Shown: positions 1 to 11,224, counted from the first letter of the stretch. The stretch is 64,000 nucleotides of DNA from Alphaproteobacteria bacterium (GCA_963555825.3 CAUVXB020000002.1:1984001-2048000); one strand, 5' to 3'. A program made the numbers and translations. The notes: a model not told the origin generated them from the sequence alone.

Positions 1-295
1 CGGCGTACCGCTCGTAATCGGCGCGCCTGACCAACGGTCGGTCGATGCCGGGCGAGCTGACCTCCAGGTCATAAGCGCCCTCGATCGGGTCCTCGACATC
101 GAGCACGGCCGAGACCAGGCGGCTGACCTTGCTGCAGTCGTCGACCGACATGCCGCCGCCCGACCGCTCGGCCATCACCTGTAGCCGCGGCCGGTGCCGC
201 CCGCCTGTCAACTTGACGCGGACCAGATCATAGCCGGTCGCCTCGAGAGAAGGCGCGACGAGGCGCGCGATATGGCTTTCTACCGCCGTCGTCAT
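1..295 (-). CDS. rimP: Ribosome maturation factor RimP (5' part, runs off window start)
   Basis: Manual translation from ATG at 295: [27 protein letters not shown]...[38 protein letters not shown], which contains the RimP LEVSSPG(I)DRPL motif. Not in the ORF track because it is truncated. Confidence 0.93.
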   Translation of the reverse strand, partial: MTTAVESHIARLVAPSLEATGYDLVRVKLTGGRHRPRLQVMAERSGGGMSVDDCSKVSRLVSAVLDVEDPIEGAYDLEVSSPGIDRPLVRRADYERYA

Positions 296-313
296 TCTCC
301 GTCCTGGCGCGTA

Positions 314-340
314 AACAAAAAGCGGGCCGGAGGCCCACAA
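314..340 (-). terminator. rimP-leader-type attenuator hairpin
   Basis: Minus strand reads GTGGGCCTCCGGCCCGC-TTTTTGTT (GGGC..GCCC stem plus U tract) about 20 nt upstream of rimP, matching the known rimP leader in form and position. Confidence 0.7.
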
Positions 341-448
341 TTCTTCCAGGATCCGGCCCAGTAACCGGGACCCCGCTATAACAAACCCCGAAGCATAGTG
401 ATCCGGCCGCGCCCCGCAAGCATTTTCTGCCGACCGACCGCTGTTGAC

Positions 449-733
449 ATGGCATCCCGGGAGATGGTCTTCAAGACCCTCAACCAGGCGCGCGGGGTCG
501 AGGTGGACGGCATCATCAAGTGGTTCAACGCGGATCGGGGCTATGGCTTCATCGAGCCCGGCGACGGCAGCGACGATGTCTTCTTCGACTCGGCGGCCCT
601 CGATCCGGAATTCGGCGGCGCCGGTCCCGAACCGGATCAGTCGGTGACCTTCGAGATCGTCGATGGACCGCGCGGCGCCGAGGCCGCGCGGGTCGGTCGG
701 CTCATCGGTCCTGGCGGCGGCTTCGGCGGCTGA
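449..733 (+). CDS. Cold-shock domain protein (CspA family)
   Basis: [21 protein letters not shown] (RNP1/RNP2 motifs) and [14 protein letters not shown]. Start uncertain. Confidence 0.88.
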   Translation: MASREMVFKTLNQARGVEVDGIIKWFNADRGYGFIEPGDGSDDVFFDSAALDPEFGGAGPEPDQSVTFEIVDGPRGAEAARVGRLIGPGGGFGG

Positions 734-1436
734 AGCGCAGGAACGCGGGTCGCGCGCCGGCGGCGCGGGCTTTCGCCTCGTAGCGTGTCTCGGGCCAATC
801 GTCGGGCCGCGCGCGCCAATCGCCGGGGCGACGCGCCAGCCATTCAAACGCCCCATCGCGCCTGACGTGATCGAGCATCCAGCGGGCGTATTCGAGATGG
901 TCGCTGGCCAGGCGCAGCTCGGCGCCGTCGGCCAGCACGCGGGCCAGGACCGCGACCGTCGCGCCGTCGATGAAGCGGCGCTTGTGATGGCGCGTCTTGG
1001 GCCAGGGGTCGGGAAACAGCACGAACGCGCCGCCGATCGACGCGTCGGCGAGCGCCTCGATCAACAAGCGCGCGTCGTCGGCAAAGACGCGGACCCGCGC
1101 GCGCTCGGCGTCGGCCAGCGTGCCAAGCAGCGCCGCGATGCCGGCGATATAGGGTTCGCAGCCGATGATGCCGACATCCGGATTGGCGCGCGCCTGGGCA
1201 GCGAGGTGCTCGCCGGCGCCGAAGCCGACCTCGAGCCAGACGTCGCGCACCGGCCCGTCGAACAGGGTGGACGGATCGAGCGCCCCGTCGCCGGGCAGCG
1301 TGATCGAGAGATGCGGCAGAAGATCGGCGATGAGCCGCTGCCGACCCGGGCGCAACGGACGGCCCTGTCGGCGGCCGAAGAGGCGACGCTGCGGCTTGTC
1401 GCCGGTGGCCGGGCCGACGGGCGGTCCCTCGCTCAG
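702..1436 (-). CDS. trmB: tRNA (guanine-N7)-methyltransferase
   Basis: [38 protein letters not shown] motifs. Start placed at a CTG overlapping the metK stop (uncertain). Confidence 0.92.
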   Translation of the reverse strand: MSEGPPVGPATGDKPQRRLFGRRQGRPLRPGRQRLIADLLPHLSITLPGDGALDPSTLFDGPVRDVWLEVGFGAGEHLAAQARANPDVGIIGCEPYIAGIAALLGTLADAERARVRVFADDARLLIEALADASIGGAFVLFPDPWPKTRHHKRRFIDGATVAVLARVLADGAELRLASDHLEYARWMLDHVRRDGAFEWLARRPGDWRARPDDWPETRYEAKARAAGARPAFLRFSRRSRRQDR

Positions 1437-2602
1437 GAGAACGCCGCGGCCAGTTCTTCGACCAGGTCGAGACGCTCCCACGAGAAGCCCCCGTCGGGCT
1501 CGGGCGGGCGCCCGAAATGGCCGTAGGCGGCGGTGCGTGCGTAGATCGGTCGGCTCAGCTCGAGACGCTCGCGGATGCCGCGCGGCGAGAGGTCGACGAG
1601 CTCGCCGAGCGCGTCGCCCAGGCGGGCCTCGTCGACGCGCCCGGTTTCGTGTGTCTCGACATAGATCGCCAAGGGGTGCGAAACGCCGATCGCGTAGGCG
1701 AGCTGAATGGTGCAACGATCGGCCAGCCCCGCGGCGACGACGTTCTTCGCCAAGTAGCGTGCCGCGTAGGCCGCCGAACGGTCGACCTTGGTCGGGTCCT
1801 TGCCCGAGAAAGCGCCGCCGCCGTGCGGTGCCGCGCCGCCATAGGTATCGACGATGATCTTGCGTCCGGTCACGCCGGCGTCACCGTCCGGCCCACCGAT
1901 GACGAAACGCCCGGTCGGATTGACGTAGAACGCGTCGTCGTCGCACATCCAGCCTTCGGGCAGCACGTTCTCGACGTGCGGGCGCACGATTGCGCGGACG
2001 TCGTCCTGAGACAGCTCGTCGCCGTGCTGGGTCGAGACGACGACGGTGGTCGCCCGCACTGGTTTGCCGTCGACATACTGCAGCGTAACCTGGCTCTTGG
2101 CGTCGGGACCGAGGCCCGGCTCGGCGCCCGAGTGGCGGGCTTCGGCGAGCGAGCGCAGCATGGCGTGCGCGTAATGGATCGGCGCCGGCATCAGTTCCTC
2201 GGTCTCGCGGCAGGCGTAGCCGAACATAATGCCCTGGTCACCGGCCCCCTCGTCCTTGTTGCCCGCGGCGTCGACGCCTTGGGCGATGTCGGCCGACTGG
2301 GCGTGAACATGGATGTCGACGGTGGCGTGCTGCCAATGGAAACCCGTCTGCTCATAGCCGATGTCACGCACGCAGGCGCGCGCGACCTCCTCGAGATGAT
2401 TGGGCGTGATCGACGCCGGGCCGCGCACCTCGCCGGCGAGCACGATGCGGTTGGTCGTCACCAAGGTTTCGACCGCGACGCGCGAGGCCGGATCGGCGGT
2501 CAAGAACGTATCGACGACGGCGTCCGAGATGCGGTCGCAGACCTTGTCGGGATGGCCCTCGGAGACCGATTCGCTGGTAAACAGATAATCGCGTTTTGTC
2601 AC
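1433..2602 (-). CDS. metK: S-adenosylmethionine synthetase
   Basis: [38 protein letters not shown] start at 2602. Confidence 0.98.
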   Translation of the reverse strand: MTKRDYLFTSESVSEGHPDKVCDRISDAVVDTFLTADPASRVAVETLVTTNRIVLAGEVRGPASITPNHLEEVARACVRDIGYEQTGFHWQHATVDIHVHAQSADIAQGVDAAGNKDEGAGDQGIMFGYACRETEELMPAPIHYAHAMLRSLAEARHSGAEPGLGPDAKSQVTLQYVDGKPVRATTVVVSTQHGDELSQDDVRAIVRPHVENVLPEGWMCDDDAFYVNPTGRFVIGGPDGDAGVTGRKIIVDTYGGAAPHGGGAFSGKDPTKVDRSAAYAARYLAKNVVAAGLADRCTIQLAYAIGVSHPLAIYVETHETGRVDEARLGDALGELVDLSPRGIRERLELSRPIYARTAAYGHFGRPPEPDGGFSWERLDLVEELAAAFS

Positions 2603-2622
2603 GAACGACCCCCATTTCAAAT

Positions 2623-2700
2623 CCGAGCACACCTTGAACCCGAGCCCGATTCAACCTCGAGGTTGTGTGCTGAACGGCGTGATTCCCGCACACTGCTCGG
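2623..2700 (-). promoter_or_regulatory. Candidate structured 5' leader of metK
   Basis: Closing stem CCGAGCA/TGCTCGG encloses three hairpins (GTGTGC/GCACAC, AACC-tcga-GGTT, GAATC/GGTTC) and ends about 20 nt before the start codon. Confidence 0.35.
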
Positions 2701-2831
2701 TCTCGGCGGCGCGCGACATCGTCGACGTTTTGACAAGCTTTCCAGCGCGGGTCAAGCGCTTTTCAGGAACGCTCCCGCGACGCGATCGTCAGCTTTCGAT
2801 TGGGCCCCCCCGAGCCGGCCGACCCGCCGGC

Positions 2832-3236
2832 CTACGACGACAGCTTGGCCATCGCCTTGGTCAGCTCGAACAAGCGCTTGCGGGCTGGCGCGTCGGTAAT
2901 GCGGTAATAGGCGCGCACCAGCTCGAGCGTCTCGCGCTTGATCATCGGGTCCTTTTCGAACGGTGCCGGCGGCGATTCGCCGAGGCCGGGCATGGCGCGC
3001 TTGTCGAGAGGCGGCATCTCGTCGAAGAAATAAGAGACCGGCACATCAAGGATCTGGCTCAAATGGTAAAGCCGACTGGAGCCGATGCGGTTGACGCCGC
3101 GCTCATATTTCTGGACTTGCTGGAAGGTCAGTTTGAGCGCTGCGCCGAGCGCCATCTGACTCATCCCGAGTAAGGTGCGCCGTAGCCGCACGCGCCCCCC
3201 TACGTGAATATCGATCGGATTGGGAACGGATGCCAT
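2832..3236 (-). CDS. XRE-family HTH transcriptional regulator
   Basis: PNPIDIHVGGRVRLRRTLLGMSQ..LTFQQVQKYERGVNRIGSSRL, in the usual alphaproteobacterial position between lnt and metK. Confidence 0.93.
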   Translation of the reverse strand: MASVPNPIDIHVGGRVRLRRTLLGMSQMALGAALKLTFQQVQKYERGVNRIGSSRLYHLSQILDVPVSYFFDEMPPLDKRAMPGLGESPPAPFEKDPMIKRETLELVRAYYRITDAPARKRLFELTKAMAKLSS

Positions 3237-3419
3237 ATTGTCGGAAACCTCATCTGACTCTTCATCGCCCGCCTGGCCGGTCGACGGTGCTGAAGCGGCA
3301 CCCGTCGGAAATCCGGACCGAAAATCAGGCCATGAGTTGCGTTTCACCTGATTAATAATTTAAAAACCGCCGCGAAGCTAGCATACGATTGCGTGCCGCA
3401 ACATCACATTATCGCCCCG

Positions 3420-3484
3420 GCCCGGACTTCTCACCATGGACGGGTGCGGCACGGTGGATATCCATGGTGAGAAATCCGGGCTAG
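3420..3484. mobile_element. 65-bp internally deleted MITE, same family as 56926-57199
   Basis: GCCCGGACTTCTCACCATGGA...TCCATGGTGAGAAATCCGGGCTAG inverted repeat. The first ~43 nt nearly match the reverse complement of the right end of the 274-bp element. Confidence 0.75.
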
Positions 3485-5019
3485 CCACGCGCCCGCGCCG
3501 GCCAGCATACGGAAAGCGCGCCGAGAAGGGCAGCCAGAACCAGCGGAACCGCGTCGCCGAAGCGTCCATACGGCGTCGCGGCGGCGATTGCAGCCGGCAA
3601 ACCGGCGTCGATGACGCCGCGCTCGTCGAGCCCCAGACCGGCGCGCACGCGGCCATGGGCGTCGATCACGGCCGAGATGCCGGTATTGCCGACCCGGACC
3701 ATGGGCAGGCCCTGCTCGACCGCGCGCATGCGCGCGCTGGCGAAGTGCTGGAAGGGCCCCAGACTGTAACCGAACCAGGCGTCGTTGGTGACGTTGAGCA
3801 TCCATTCGGGCCGGTCGTCGGGGTCGACGACCTGGTGCGGGAAGATCACCTCGAAGCAGATCAGCGGACTGACCGGCGGCAGGCCGGGCAAGCGGATCGT
3901 GCGCGGCCCCGGGCCGCGCGAGAAGTCGATGTTGCCGAAGCTGAGGCCGACCGCCGCCAGCACGTCGCGCAACGGCAGGTATTCGCCGAACGGCACCAGA
4001 TGGAACTTGTCGTAGGTTTCGAGGATCGCGCCCTTGGCATCGATCGCGTAGATGCTGTTCCAGGCTTCGGGCGCGCCGTCGGCCGGACGCAGCACGCGTA
4101 CCGCGCCGCTCAGCACCAGGCCGTCGGGCGGTGTCACCGCCGCGATCAGCTGACGCCGCACGGGGTCGCCGACAAGCGGGTAGGTGATCGCCGTCTCGGG
4201 CCAGATCACGTGGCTCACCGACGCGTCGCGATCGTCGCCCGTCATCCGCAGATAGCGGGTGAAATGGCCGTCGCGCAGCTCGGGGCGCCACTTGTCCCGT
4301 TGCGCAATGGCGGGCTGCACCAGACGAAGAACGACGCCCTCGACCGTCGCCGTCCCGGCGTCGGCGAGGCGCAGCGCGCCGCCGGCCCAAAGCGCCGCGA
4401 CGAGGCCGGCGGCGGTGATGGTGCCGGCCCAGCGGCGCACCCCGCCACCGTCGGCGAGCGTCGCCGGCAGCGCCGCGGCGAGCACCGTGACGAGGCCCAG
4501 ACCGGCGCTGCCGGCCAGCGCGGCGAACTGGATCATGTCGTCGGATACCGTCCAGCTGTAGCCGATCAGGTTCCACGGGAAGCCGGTGAACAGGCGGCCA
4601 CGCAGCCATTCGGCGACGACCCAGGCGGCGGCCAGGCCAAGGATGCGCGCGACACCCGGCCGGCATAGCCGCGCCGCCAATGCAGCGAACCCGGGGGCGA
4701 CGCCGAGCACCGCCCCGGCGCCGAGCACCGCGAAGGGAATCAGCGCCGCGAACCGCTCGGGCTCGACCAGCATGGCGTGAGCGAACCAGTAGAGCCCGCT
4801 GGCGAAGTGGCCGACGCCGAACCACCAGCCGGCGGCGAAGGCGGCGCGGCGCGTCGCCGCGGAGTCGATCAGCCAGACCAGACCGACGAAGGCGACGACG
4901 AGCAGCGGCAGGACGTGGAGCGGCGGCAGGGCGAGCGTCGCCAGGGCGCCGAGCAGGGCGGCCGCGGCCCAGCGGCGCCAGCCGACGAGAGCGGCGATGC
5001 GTGCCTTGTAGCGGACCAC
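3481..5019 (-). CDS. lnt: Apolipoprotein N-acyltransferase
   Basis: TM segments, FTGFPWNLIGY, IWPETA, YDKFHLVPFGEYLP, ICFEVIFP, TNDAWFG. Confidence 0.97.
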   Translation of the reverse strand: MVRYKARIAALVGWRRWAAAALLGALATLALPPLHVLPLLVVAFVGLVWLIDSAATRRAAFAAGWWFGVGHFASGLYWFAHAMLVEPERFAALIPFAVLGAGAVLGVAPGFAALAARLCRPGVARILGLAAAWVVAEWLRGRLFTGFPWNLIGYSWTVSDDMIQFAALAGSAGLGLVTVLAAALPATLADGGGVRRWAGTITAAGLVAALWAGGALRLADAGTATVEGVVLRLVQPAIAQRDKWRPELRDGHFTRYLRMTGDDRDASVSHVIWPETAITYPLVGDPVRRQLIAAVTPPDGLVLSGAVRVLRPADGAPEAWNSIYAIDAKGAILETYDKFHLVPFGEYLPLRDVLAAVGLSFGNIDFSRGPGPRTIRLPGLPPVSPLICFEVIFPHQVVDPDDRPEWMLNVTNDAWFGYSLGPFQHFASARMRAVEQGLPMVRVGNTGISAVIDAHGRVRAGLGLDERGVIDAGLPAAIAAATPYGRFGDAVPLVLAALLGALSVCWPARARG

Positions 5020-5041
5020 CGTTACGCCGCGGTGTCGGGCG

Positions 5042-5947
5042 TCATTCGGGAGGAGCCGGTGCGTTGTGGATGCGCAAACGCTTGATGCGGCGCAGATCGG
5101 CGTCGACGACCTCGAACTGCAGCCCCGACGGATGTGCGATCAACTCGCCGCGTGTCGGCACGCGGCCGACCAGCGAGAAGACCAGCCCGCCCAGCGTGTC
5201 GACGTCGTCCTCGGAGCCCTCGACGTGCAACTCAGCGCCGACGCGCGCCTCGAGATCTTCGACCGGCAGCCGTGCGTCGACCTCGATCAACCCGCCCGGC
5301 TCTTCGACCAGCATGGGCAGGTCGTCGGTGTCGTGCTCGTCCTGGATCTCGCCGACGATCTCCTCGACCAGGTCCTCGATGGTCACCAGGCCGTCGCTGC
5401 CGCCGTATTCGTCGACGACGACCGCCATGTGGATATGCACGTCGCGCATCTGCAGCAACAGGTCGCGCACCCGCATCGACGGCGGCACGAACAGCAGCGG
5501 CCGGACGATGTCCTCGAGCGTGAACGGCTCGTCCGAACCCCAGTAGCGCAGCAGGTCCCGGACATGCACCATACCGGTAATGTCGTCGAGTGTGCCGCGG
5601 AACACCGGCAGCCGCGAGTGGCCAGCCTCGTGCAGCGCCTTGACGACACCGGCCGGCGGCGTCTTCTGCTCGACCGCGACGATGTCGGCGCGCGGCACCA
5701 TGACGTCGTCGACGCGCAGCTCGCCGAAACTCAGCATGTTGAGCAGCATGGTGCGCTCTTCGGCGTCGATCTCCTCGGTCTCGTCGGCGTGCTTCTCGAT
5801 GAACTCCTCGAAGCTGCCGCGCAGCGCCTCGTCGCCGTTGCGGTGCTGGCCGAAGCCGCCGAGCCAGTTGCGCAGGAAGCGGCGGAAGCCCGACTGGGAA
5901 TCTGCGCCGTTGTCGCGGTTTGCGTTGGCTGGCGCGCGGCCCGTCAT
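5042..5947 (-). CDS. corC: CBS-domain CorC/HlyC family protein
   Basis: [53 protein letters not shown] overlap with the ybeY stop. Confidence 0.9.
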   Translation of the reverse strand: MTGRAPANANRDNGADSQSGFRRFLRNWLGGFGQHRNGDEALRGSFEEFIEKHADETEEIDAEERTMLLNMLSFGELRVDDVMVPRADIVAVEQKTPPAGVVKALHEAGHSRLPVFRGTLDDITGMVHVRDLLRYWGSDEPFTLEDIVRPLLFVPPSMRVRDLLLQMRDVHIHMAVVVDEYGGSDGLVTIEDLVEEIVGEIQDEHDTDDLPMLVEEPGGLIEVDARLPVEDLEARVGAELHVEGSEDDVDTLGGLVFSLVGRVPTRGELIAHPSGLQFEVVDADLRRIKRLRIHNAPAPPE

Positions 5948-6552
5948 GTCGGGCGGGCGGATTGCGCGCGGCCGTGCTCGGGACGCGGGCGCGCTAGGGT
6001 CGGGGCATAGGGGTCGGCAACGCCGAGGCCGGCCAGAACGGCGGTCTCGAGCCATTCCATGACGTTTGCATCGGCGTCGTTCTCGTGGTCATAGCCGACC
6101 AGGTGAAGCACGCCGTGGACGACCAGGTGGCCGACGTGGTCGGCGACCGGCTTGCCCTGGACGCCGGCCTCGTCGAGCACCGTCTCGAGCGCCAGCACGA
6201 TGTCGCCGAGCGCGAGCGGTGCACCGTCCTCGGGCAGCGCCGGCGGGTCGCCGGGCGTCGCATCGCTGGCGGCGAAGGACAGCACGTTGGTCGGCGCGTC
6301 GCGGCCGCGGTAGCGATGGTTGAGGCGCCGCAGCTCGGCGTCGTCGGCGAGCCGCACGCCGAGCTCGACGCGCGGCGCCAGCGGGCCGAACCCGGCGGCG
6401 TCGAGCGCGGCCTTGGCGGCGCCGCGGCACAGCGCCGCCGGTTCGTCGAGCGCGTCGCGCCAGGCGGCGTGGTCGATCACGACGTCGATGTCGGGCGCCC
6501 CGGCTGTCGCCGCGCCTTGGTTTTCGCGTATCGGGACGTCTTCGTCGCTCAC
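5944..6552 (-). CDS. ybeY: rRNA maturation endoribonuclease YbeY
   Basis: [17 protein letters not shown] and [11 protein letters not shown]. Confidence 0.97.
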   Translation of the reverse strand: MSDEDVPIRENQGAATAGAPDIDVVIDHAAWRDALDEPAALCRGAAKAALDAAGFGPLAPRVELGVRLADDAELRRLNHRYRGRDAPTNVLSFAASDATPGDPPALPEDGAPLALGDIVLALETVLDEAGVQGKPVADHVGHLVVHGVLHLVGYDHENDADANVMEWLETAVLAGLGVADPYAPTLARPRPEHGRAQSARPT

Positions 6553-7565
6553 CGTTTCGGCTCCTCGGTGACCGGCGGCGGGCTGGACGAGCGTCGGTCG
6601 TAGGCGCGCACGACCTCGGTCACCAAGTGGTGGCGTACCACGTCGGCGTCCGTGAAAGTGACCGCCGCGATGCCTGCGACGCCTTCGAGTGTGTCGAGCG
6701 CATCGCGCAACCCGGTGCGCGCGCCCTGGGGCAGGTCGATCTGTGACAGGTCGCCGGTCACCACCATGCGCGAGTTCTCGCCCAGGCGGGTCAGGAACAT
6801 TTTCATCTGCACCGGCGAGGTGTTCTGGCCCTCGTCGAGGATGGCGAAGGCGTTGGTCAGCGTGCGGCCGCGCATGAAGGCGAGCGGCGCGATCTCGATG
6901 TCGCCGTTTTCCAGGCGCCGGCGCACGACGTCGCCGGGCATCATGTCGTGCAGCGCGTCATAGAGCGGCCGCAAATACGGGTCGACCTTGTCGCGCAGGT
7001 CGCCGGGCAGGAAACCGAGCCGCTCACCCGCCTCGACCGCCGGGCGCGACAGGATGATGCGGTCGACCCGGCCCGAGACCAGCATCGACACCGCCATCGC
7101 GACCGCGAGATAGGTCTTGCCGGTCCCCGCCGGGCCGAGCGCGAAGACCAACTCGTAATCGCGCAGTGCCTGCAAATACGCCGCTTGCATCGTCGAACGC
7201 GGCGCGATGCGACGCTTTTGGGTGTTGATGATCAGGTCGGAGCCGGCTATGTCGCCGCCGGTTGCGACCGACTCGGCGCCGAGCAACGCGGCGTCGACGT
7301 CGGCCGAGCCGATATCGTCGCCGCCCTTGAGCCGATCGTAGAGACCGCCGAGCACCAGCTTGGCGGTTTCGGTCGGCTGCGGCGCGCCGGTGATCGCCAC
7401 CTGATTACCGCGCGAAACCAGCGCCACGCCGAGGCGCTGCTCGATGCGCGCCAGATTCTGGTCATGCGCGCCGAACAGCGACGACAGAAGCGCGTTGTCG
7501 TCGAAGGTGACGTAGAGCGGCGTCGCCTCACGCACCGCGCCCGTCGACCGGGTCGACGCGCTCAC
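6549..7565 (-). CDS. phoH: PhoH-family ATPase (YbeZ)
   Basis: [33 protein letters not shown]. Confidence 0.95.
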   Translation of the reverse strand: MSASTRSTGAVREATPLYVTFDDNALLSSLFGAHDQNLARIEQRLGVALVSRGNQVAITGAPQPTETAKLVLGGLYDRLKGGDDIGSADVDAALLGAESVATGGDIAGSDLIINTQKRRIAPRSTMQAAYLQALRDYELVFALGPAGTGKTYLAVAMAVSMLVSGRVDRIILSRPAVEAGERLGFLPGDLRDKVDPYLRPLYDALHDMMPGDVVRRRLENGDIEIAPLAFMRGRTLTNAFAILDEGQNTSPVQMKMFLTRLGENSRMVVTGDLSQIDLPQGARTGLRDALDTLEGVAGIAAVTFTDADVVRHHLVTEVVRAYDRRSSSPPPVTEEPKR

Positions 7566-8938
7566 GCGCCGACCCTCATCGTCTCGAGCGCGGCCGGATG
7601 CGGCGCGGAACCGGTCACCGTACCCGCCAGGCTGTTGGCGTGGCAGGCGGTAATCGCGACCTCGACGATATCGCCGATGGTGGCGCCGGCAGCATCGGCA
7701 TGGACCGCCTGCATGTAGGGGCTGCGGCCGACCAGCTGGCCGTCCCGGCGGCCGGCGCGTTCGAACAGGACGGCCAGGCGGCGGCCCATCCAGGCCCGGT
7801 TGAACGCGTCCTGCTGCGATTTTAGCAGCGCCTGCAGCGCCGCCAGGCGCGCCGACTTGGTGGCGTCGTCGATCTGACGCGGCAGCGTCGCCGCCGGCGT
7901 GCCCGGCCTCGGGCTGTACTTGAACGAATAGGCCTGGGCGAAGCCGATCTCGTCGACCAGCGCGAGCGTCGCGGCGAAGTCGTCGTCGGTTTCGCCGGGG
8001 AAGCCGACGATGAAATCGCCCGACAGCGCGAGTTCCGGCCGGGCGTCGCGCAGCCGGCCGACGACGCGGCGGTAGTCGTCGGTACCGTGACGGCGGTTCA
8101 TCGCCGAGAGCACGCGATCGGAGCCCGATTGAACCGGCAAATGGACGAACGGCATCACCTGGGGCACCGCGCCATGGACAGCGATCAGTTCGTCGTCCAT
8201 GTCGCAGGGATGCGAGGTGGTGTAGCGCAGCCGGGCCAGGCCGTCGATCTCGGCGAGCCGGCGCAGCAGGTGGCCGAGGCCCCAGTCGCCGCCCGGCCCG
8301 GCGCTGTGATAGGCGTTGACGTTCTGGCCCAAGAGCGTGATCTCGCGCGCGCCGGCGGCGACCAGGCGCTCGGCCTCGGCGATGACCTGGGCGACCGGCC
8401 GCGAGAACTCGGCACCCCGGGTGTAGGGCACGACGCAGAAGGTGCAGAACTTGTCGCAGCCCTCCTGCACCGACAGGAAGGCCGAGACGCCTTGCGGCGC
8501 ACGTTCCTCGGGCAGCGCGTCGAACTTCGATTCGGCTGGGAAATCGGTGTCGAGCACGGCACCCGCGCCGCGTGTCGCTTGGGCGACCATCTCGGGCAGG
8601 CGGTGATAGGTCTGTGGCCCGAACACCATGTCGACAAAGGGCGTGCGGCGCAGGATTTCCTCGCCCTCGGCCTGGGCGACGCAGCCGGCGACGGCGAGCA
8701 GCATGGGCGTTCCGTCGGCCGCGCGGCGTTGCTTGACGCGACGCAGCCGGCCGAGCTCGGAATAGACCTTCTCGGCCGCCTTCTCACGGATGTGGCAGGT
8801 GTTCAGAATCACCATGTCGGCGCCCTCGGGGGCGTCGGTCGGCGCATAGCCCAACGGCGCCAGGACCTCCGCCATACGCTCGGAGTCGTAGACGTTCATC
8901 TGGCAGCCGTAGGATTTTATGAAGAGTTTCTTCGCCAA
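7562..8938 (-). CDS. miaB: tRNA methylthiotransferase MiaB
   Basis: [18 protein letters not shown], radical SAM motif CDKFCTFC, C-terminal TRAM domain. Confidence 0.98.
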   Translation of the reverse strand: MAKKLFIKSYGCQMNVYDSERMAEVLAPLGYAPTDAPEGADMVILNTCHIREKAAEKVYSELGRLRRVKQRRAADGTPMLLAVAGCVAQAEGEEILRRTPFVDMVFGPQTYHRLPEMVAQATRGAGAVLDTDFPAESKFDALPEERAPQGVSAFLSVQEGCDKFCTFCVVPYTRGAEFSRPVAQVIAEAERLVAAGAREITLLGQNVNAYHSAGPGGDWGLGHLLRRLAEIDGLARLRYTTSHPCDMDDELIAVHGAVPQVMPFVHLPVQSGSDRVLSAMNRRHGTDDYRRVVGRLRDARPELALSGDFIVGFPGETDDDFAATLALVDEIGFAQAYSFKYSPRPGTPAATLPRQIDDATKSARLAALQALLKSQQDAFNRAWMGRRLAVLFERAGRRDGQLVGRSPYMQAVHADAAGATIGDIVEVAITACHANSLAGTVTGSAPHPAALETMRVGA

Positions 8939-9145
8939 TGTCGCGCTAGGGGCACCAGCGATGCAGCGGTCCGGTATTCACCCAGGGACCCTCGATGTTG
9001 CGATACGGTGTCGACTGTAGCACCCAACTTTGCAGAGTCAAGCCGCGCCACCGGGCTACCCGTCGCCGGCGCCATCCGGCGGCGTGCCGTGAACCGCCGC
9101 TTGCGGCAGACGTCTGATCCGTGGAATTAACCGGCGATTCGCCGC

Positions 9146-9583
9146 TCACTCGTCCGACCCATCGTCGTCGTCGAAGCGGACGCCGTAGAGGACCAGGTCG
9201 TGGTCGACCAGCCGATAGCCGTAACGCTCTGCGATGGCGCGCTGGAGTTCCTCGATCGCTTCGTTGCGGAACTCGACGACGTCGCCCGATTTGACGTCGA
9301 CCAGATGATCGTGATGCTCGTCGGGGACCATCTCGTAGCGCGCCCGTCCGTCGCCGAAGTCGTGGCGCTCGAGGATTCGCGCCTCCTGGAACAGGCGCAC
9401 CGTGCGGTAGACCGTTGCCAGGCTGATGTGCGGGTCGATGTGCGAGGCCCGCTGGTAGACCTCCTCGACATCGGGGTGATCGTCCGATTCCGACAGCACG
9501 CGCGCGACCAAGCGCCGCTGCTCGGTCATCTTGATTCCCCTGTCGACGCACGCCTGCTCGATGCTCGTCGTCATGGGCGACAA
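9146..9583 (-). CDS. fur: Fur-family metal-responsive regulator (Fur/Mur)
   Basis: MTEQRR, DHPDVEEVY, SLATVYRTV, HHDHLVD. Confidence 0.9.
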   Translation of the reverse strand: MSPMTTSIEQACVDRGIKMTEQRRLVARVLSESDDHPDVEEVYQRASHIDPHISLATVYRTVRLFQEARILERHDFGDGRARYEMVPDEHHDHLVDVKSGDVVEFRNEAIEELQRAIAERYGYRLVDHDLVLYGVRFDDDDGSDE

Positions 9584-9664
9584 CTATTCCCGCGAGTTGA
9601 ACGCCGGCGGCCGGCCGCGTGGTGTCAACGGCCGCCGACGCGTATAGTTACGACTTCCGGCCGA

Positions 9665-10090
9665 TTACGATTTTTTCTTCCGGCGACGCTTGCGCGGCTT
9701 CGTGCCGAGCCCGATCTTCTTCGCCAAGGCGCTGCGCTGGGCCGCGTAGTTGGGCGAGACCATCGGATAATCGGCCGGCAGTCCCCAGCGCTCGCGGTAC
9801 TCATCAGGCGTCATGCCGAAGCTCGTCATCAGGTGGCGTTTCAGCATCTTAAGCTTCTTGCCGTCCTCGAGACAGACGATATAGTCCGGCTGTACCGATC
9901 GCTTGATCGACACGGCGGGCTTCGGCCGTTCGCGCACGGCGGCGTCGCCAGGCACCGTCGCCAGCGTCTGGTGGATCTGCTGGATGAGGCCCGGCAGATC
10001 GCTCACGGCGACCGCGTTGTTGGCGACATGAGAGGCGACGATTTTGGTCGTCATGGCAAGAATCTGGTTGGAACTGATGGTTTCCGCCAT
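9665..10090 (-). CDS. mucR: MucR/Ros zinc-finger regulator
   Basis: PAVSIKRSVQPDYIVCLEDGKKLKMLKRHL..YRERWGLPADYPMVSPNY. Confidence 0.95.
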   Translation of the reverse strand: MAETISSNQILAMTTKIVASHVANNAVAVSDLPGLIQQIHQTLATVPGDAAVRERPKPAVSIKRSVQPDYIVCLEDGKKLKMLKRHLMTSFGMTPDEYRERWGLPADYPMVSPNYAAQRSALAKKIGLGTKPRKRRRKKKS

Positions 10091-10205
10091 AAATAATTGT
10101 CCTTCCCTATAGTCGACGGGCCACCTAAACGATGAACCCGGCGGCGCCACCAAGAACAGTTGGTGCATTGTTGAGGTAACGATGGGCAATCCCGCGACCG
10201 AAGCC

Positions 10206-10436
10206 ATGAACTTCTTTCTCGATATCACGGCTGACGTCTGCCCGATGACGTTCGTGAAAACTAAATTGTTGATCGAGCGTATGTCAAGCGGACAGACTGC
10301 CGAAGTCCGCCTTAATGCCGGCGAGCCGCTCGACAATGTGCCGCGCGCCGTCGTCGAGCACGGCCACATGGTGCTCGATCTCGCGCCCGAAACCGACGGC
10401 GCTTCGGTTTACCTGCTGCGCCTGCGCAAGGCCTAG
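10206..10436 (+). CDS. TusA/SirA-family sulfur carrier
   Basis: LDITADVCPMTFVKTKL and EPLDNVP. Confidence 0.88.
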   Translation: MNFFLDITADVCPMTFVKTKLLIERMSSGQTAEVRLNAGEPLDNVPRAVVEHGHMVLDLAPETDGASVYLLRLRKA

Positions 10437-10550
10437 GGTCTGGACTCAATTAAGTGCAACTCGTTGAAATGGCTCATTTTTGATGAGACAGCGCCCAAAA
10501 CAACACCCAATAATTTCAATCTGTAAACCCTAATTGAGGACAGACCCTAG
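10433..10550. mobile_element. AT-rich MITE bounded by CTAG
   Basis: CTAGGGTCTGGACTCAATTA ... TAATTGAGGACAGACCCTAG (18/20 inverted match), CTAG at both ends. Confidence 0.85.
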
Positions 10551-11224
10551 AGCGGTTCTCGCGCGCCGGACGAGCGCAGATAAAGCGGTGCCGGCGGCGC
10601 GCTTGGCATTACCGCATCCGGACCGGCAAAGCGGCGCGCCGCCAGCGCGGCGATCACCGCGGCGTCGGGCAGGCGCGGCGCATCGAGTTCCGAGACATCG
10701 CCGGTGCGCCCCGCCAGTTCGGCCGCGATCAGCGGCGCGCCGTCGCCGACCAGGGCCAGCGGTCCCGCCGCCAGGCCGGCCGCCACCGCGCCCGGCGTTG
10801 CGGCCTGGGGCTCACCAAGCGGTGCAAGAACGCTGTCGAAGACCTGCGCATAGACCTCACCGCGCCGGGCGTCGAGCGCGGCGACCAGGATGCGCCCATC
10901 GAGCGCCGCGCGGTCGACGCCGTGGGCGAGCGCCTCGAGGGTGGTGACGCCGACGATGGGCCGGCCGGCGGCGAGCGCGACGCCGCGCGCCGCGGCGAGG
11001 CCGACGCGCAGCCCGGTGAAGGTGCCGGGGCCGACGGTCGTCGCGATCAGGTCGAGGTCGCGGTACGCCGCGCCGGCCTCGGCCATGACCGCCTCGACCA
11101 TCGGCATCAGCGCTTCGGCGTGGCCGCGGACCATCGCGACGAAGCGCTGCGCACGGAGCGCGTTGCCGCCCCACAGCGCCGCCGAGCAAGCGGCGGTGGC
11201 GGTATCGAGGGCGAGCACATTCAT
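10547..11224 (-). CDS. tsaB: tRNA threonylcarbamoyladenosine biosynthesis protein TsaB
   Basis: LALDTA, GHAEALMP, GPGTFTGLRVG, DARRGEVY. Confidence 0.96.
   Translation of the reverse strand: MNVLALDTATAACSAALWGGNALRAQRFVAMVRGHAEALMPMVEAVMAEAGAAYRDLDLIATTVGPGTFTGLRVGLAAARGVALAAGRPIVGVTTLEALAHGVDRAALDGRILVAALDARRGEVYAQVFDSVLAPLGEPQAATPGAVAAGLAAGPLALVGDGAPLIAAELAGRTGDVSELDAPRLPDAAVIAALAARRFAGPDAVMPSAPPAPLYLRSSGAREPL

Noticed and set aside
2623-2700. Cloverleaf-like fold as a tRNA
   Set aside because: No TTCRA T-loop, D-loop or 7-nt anticodon loop in the correct geometry. Kept only as a leader candidate.
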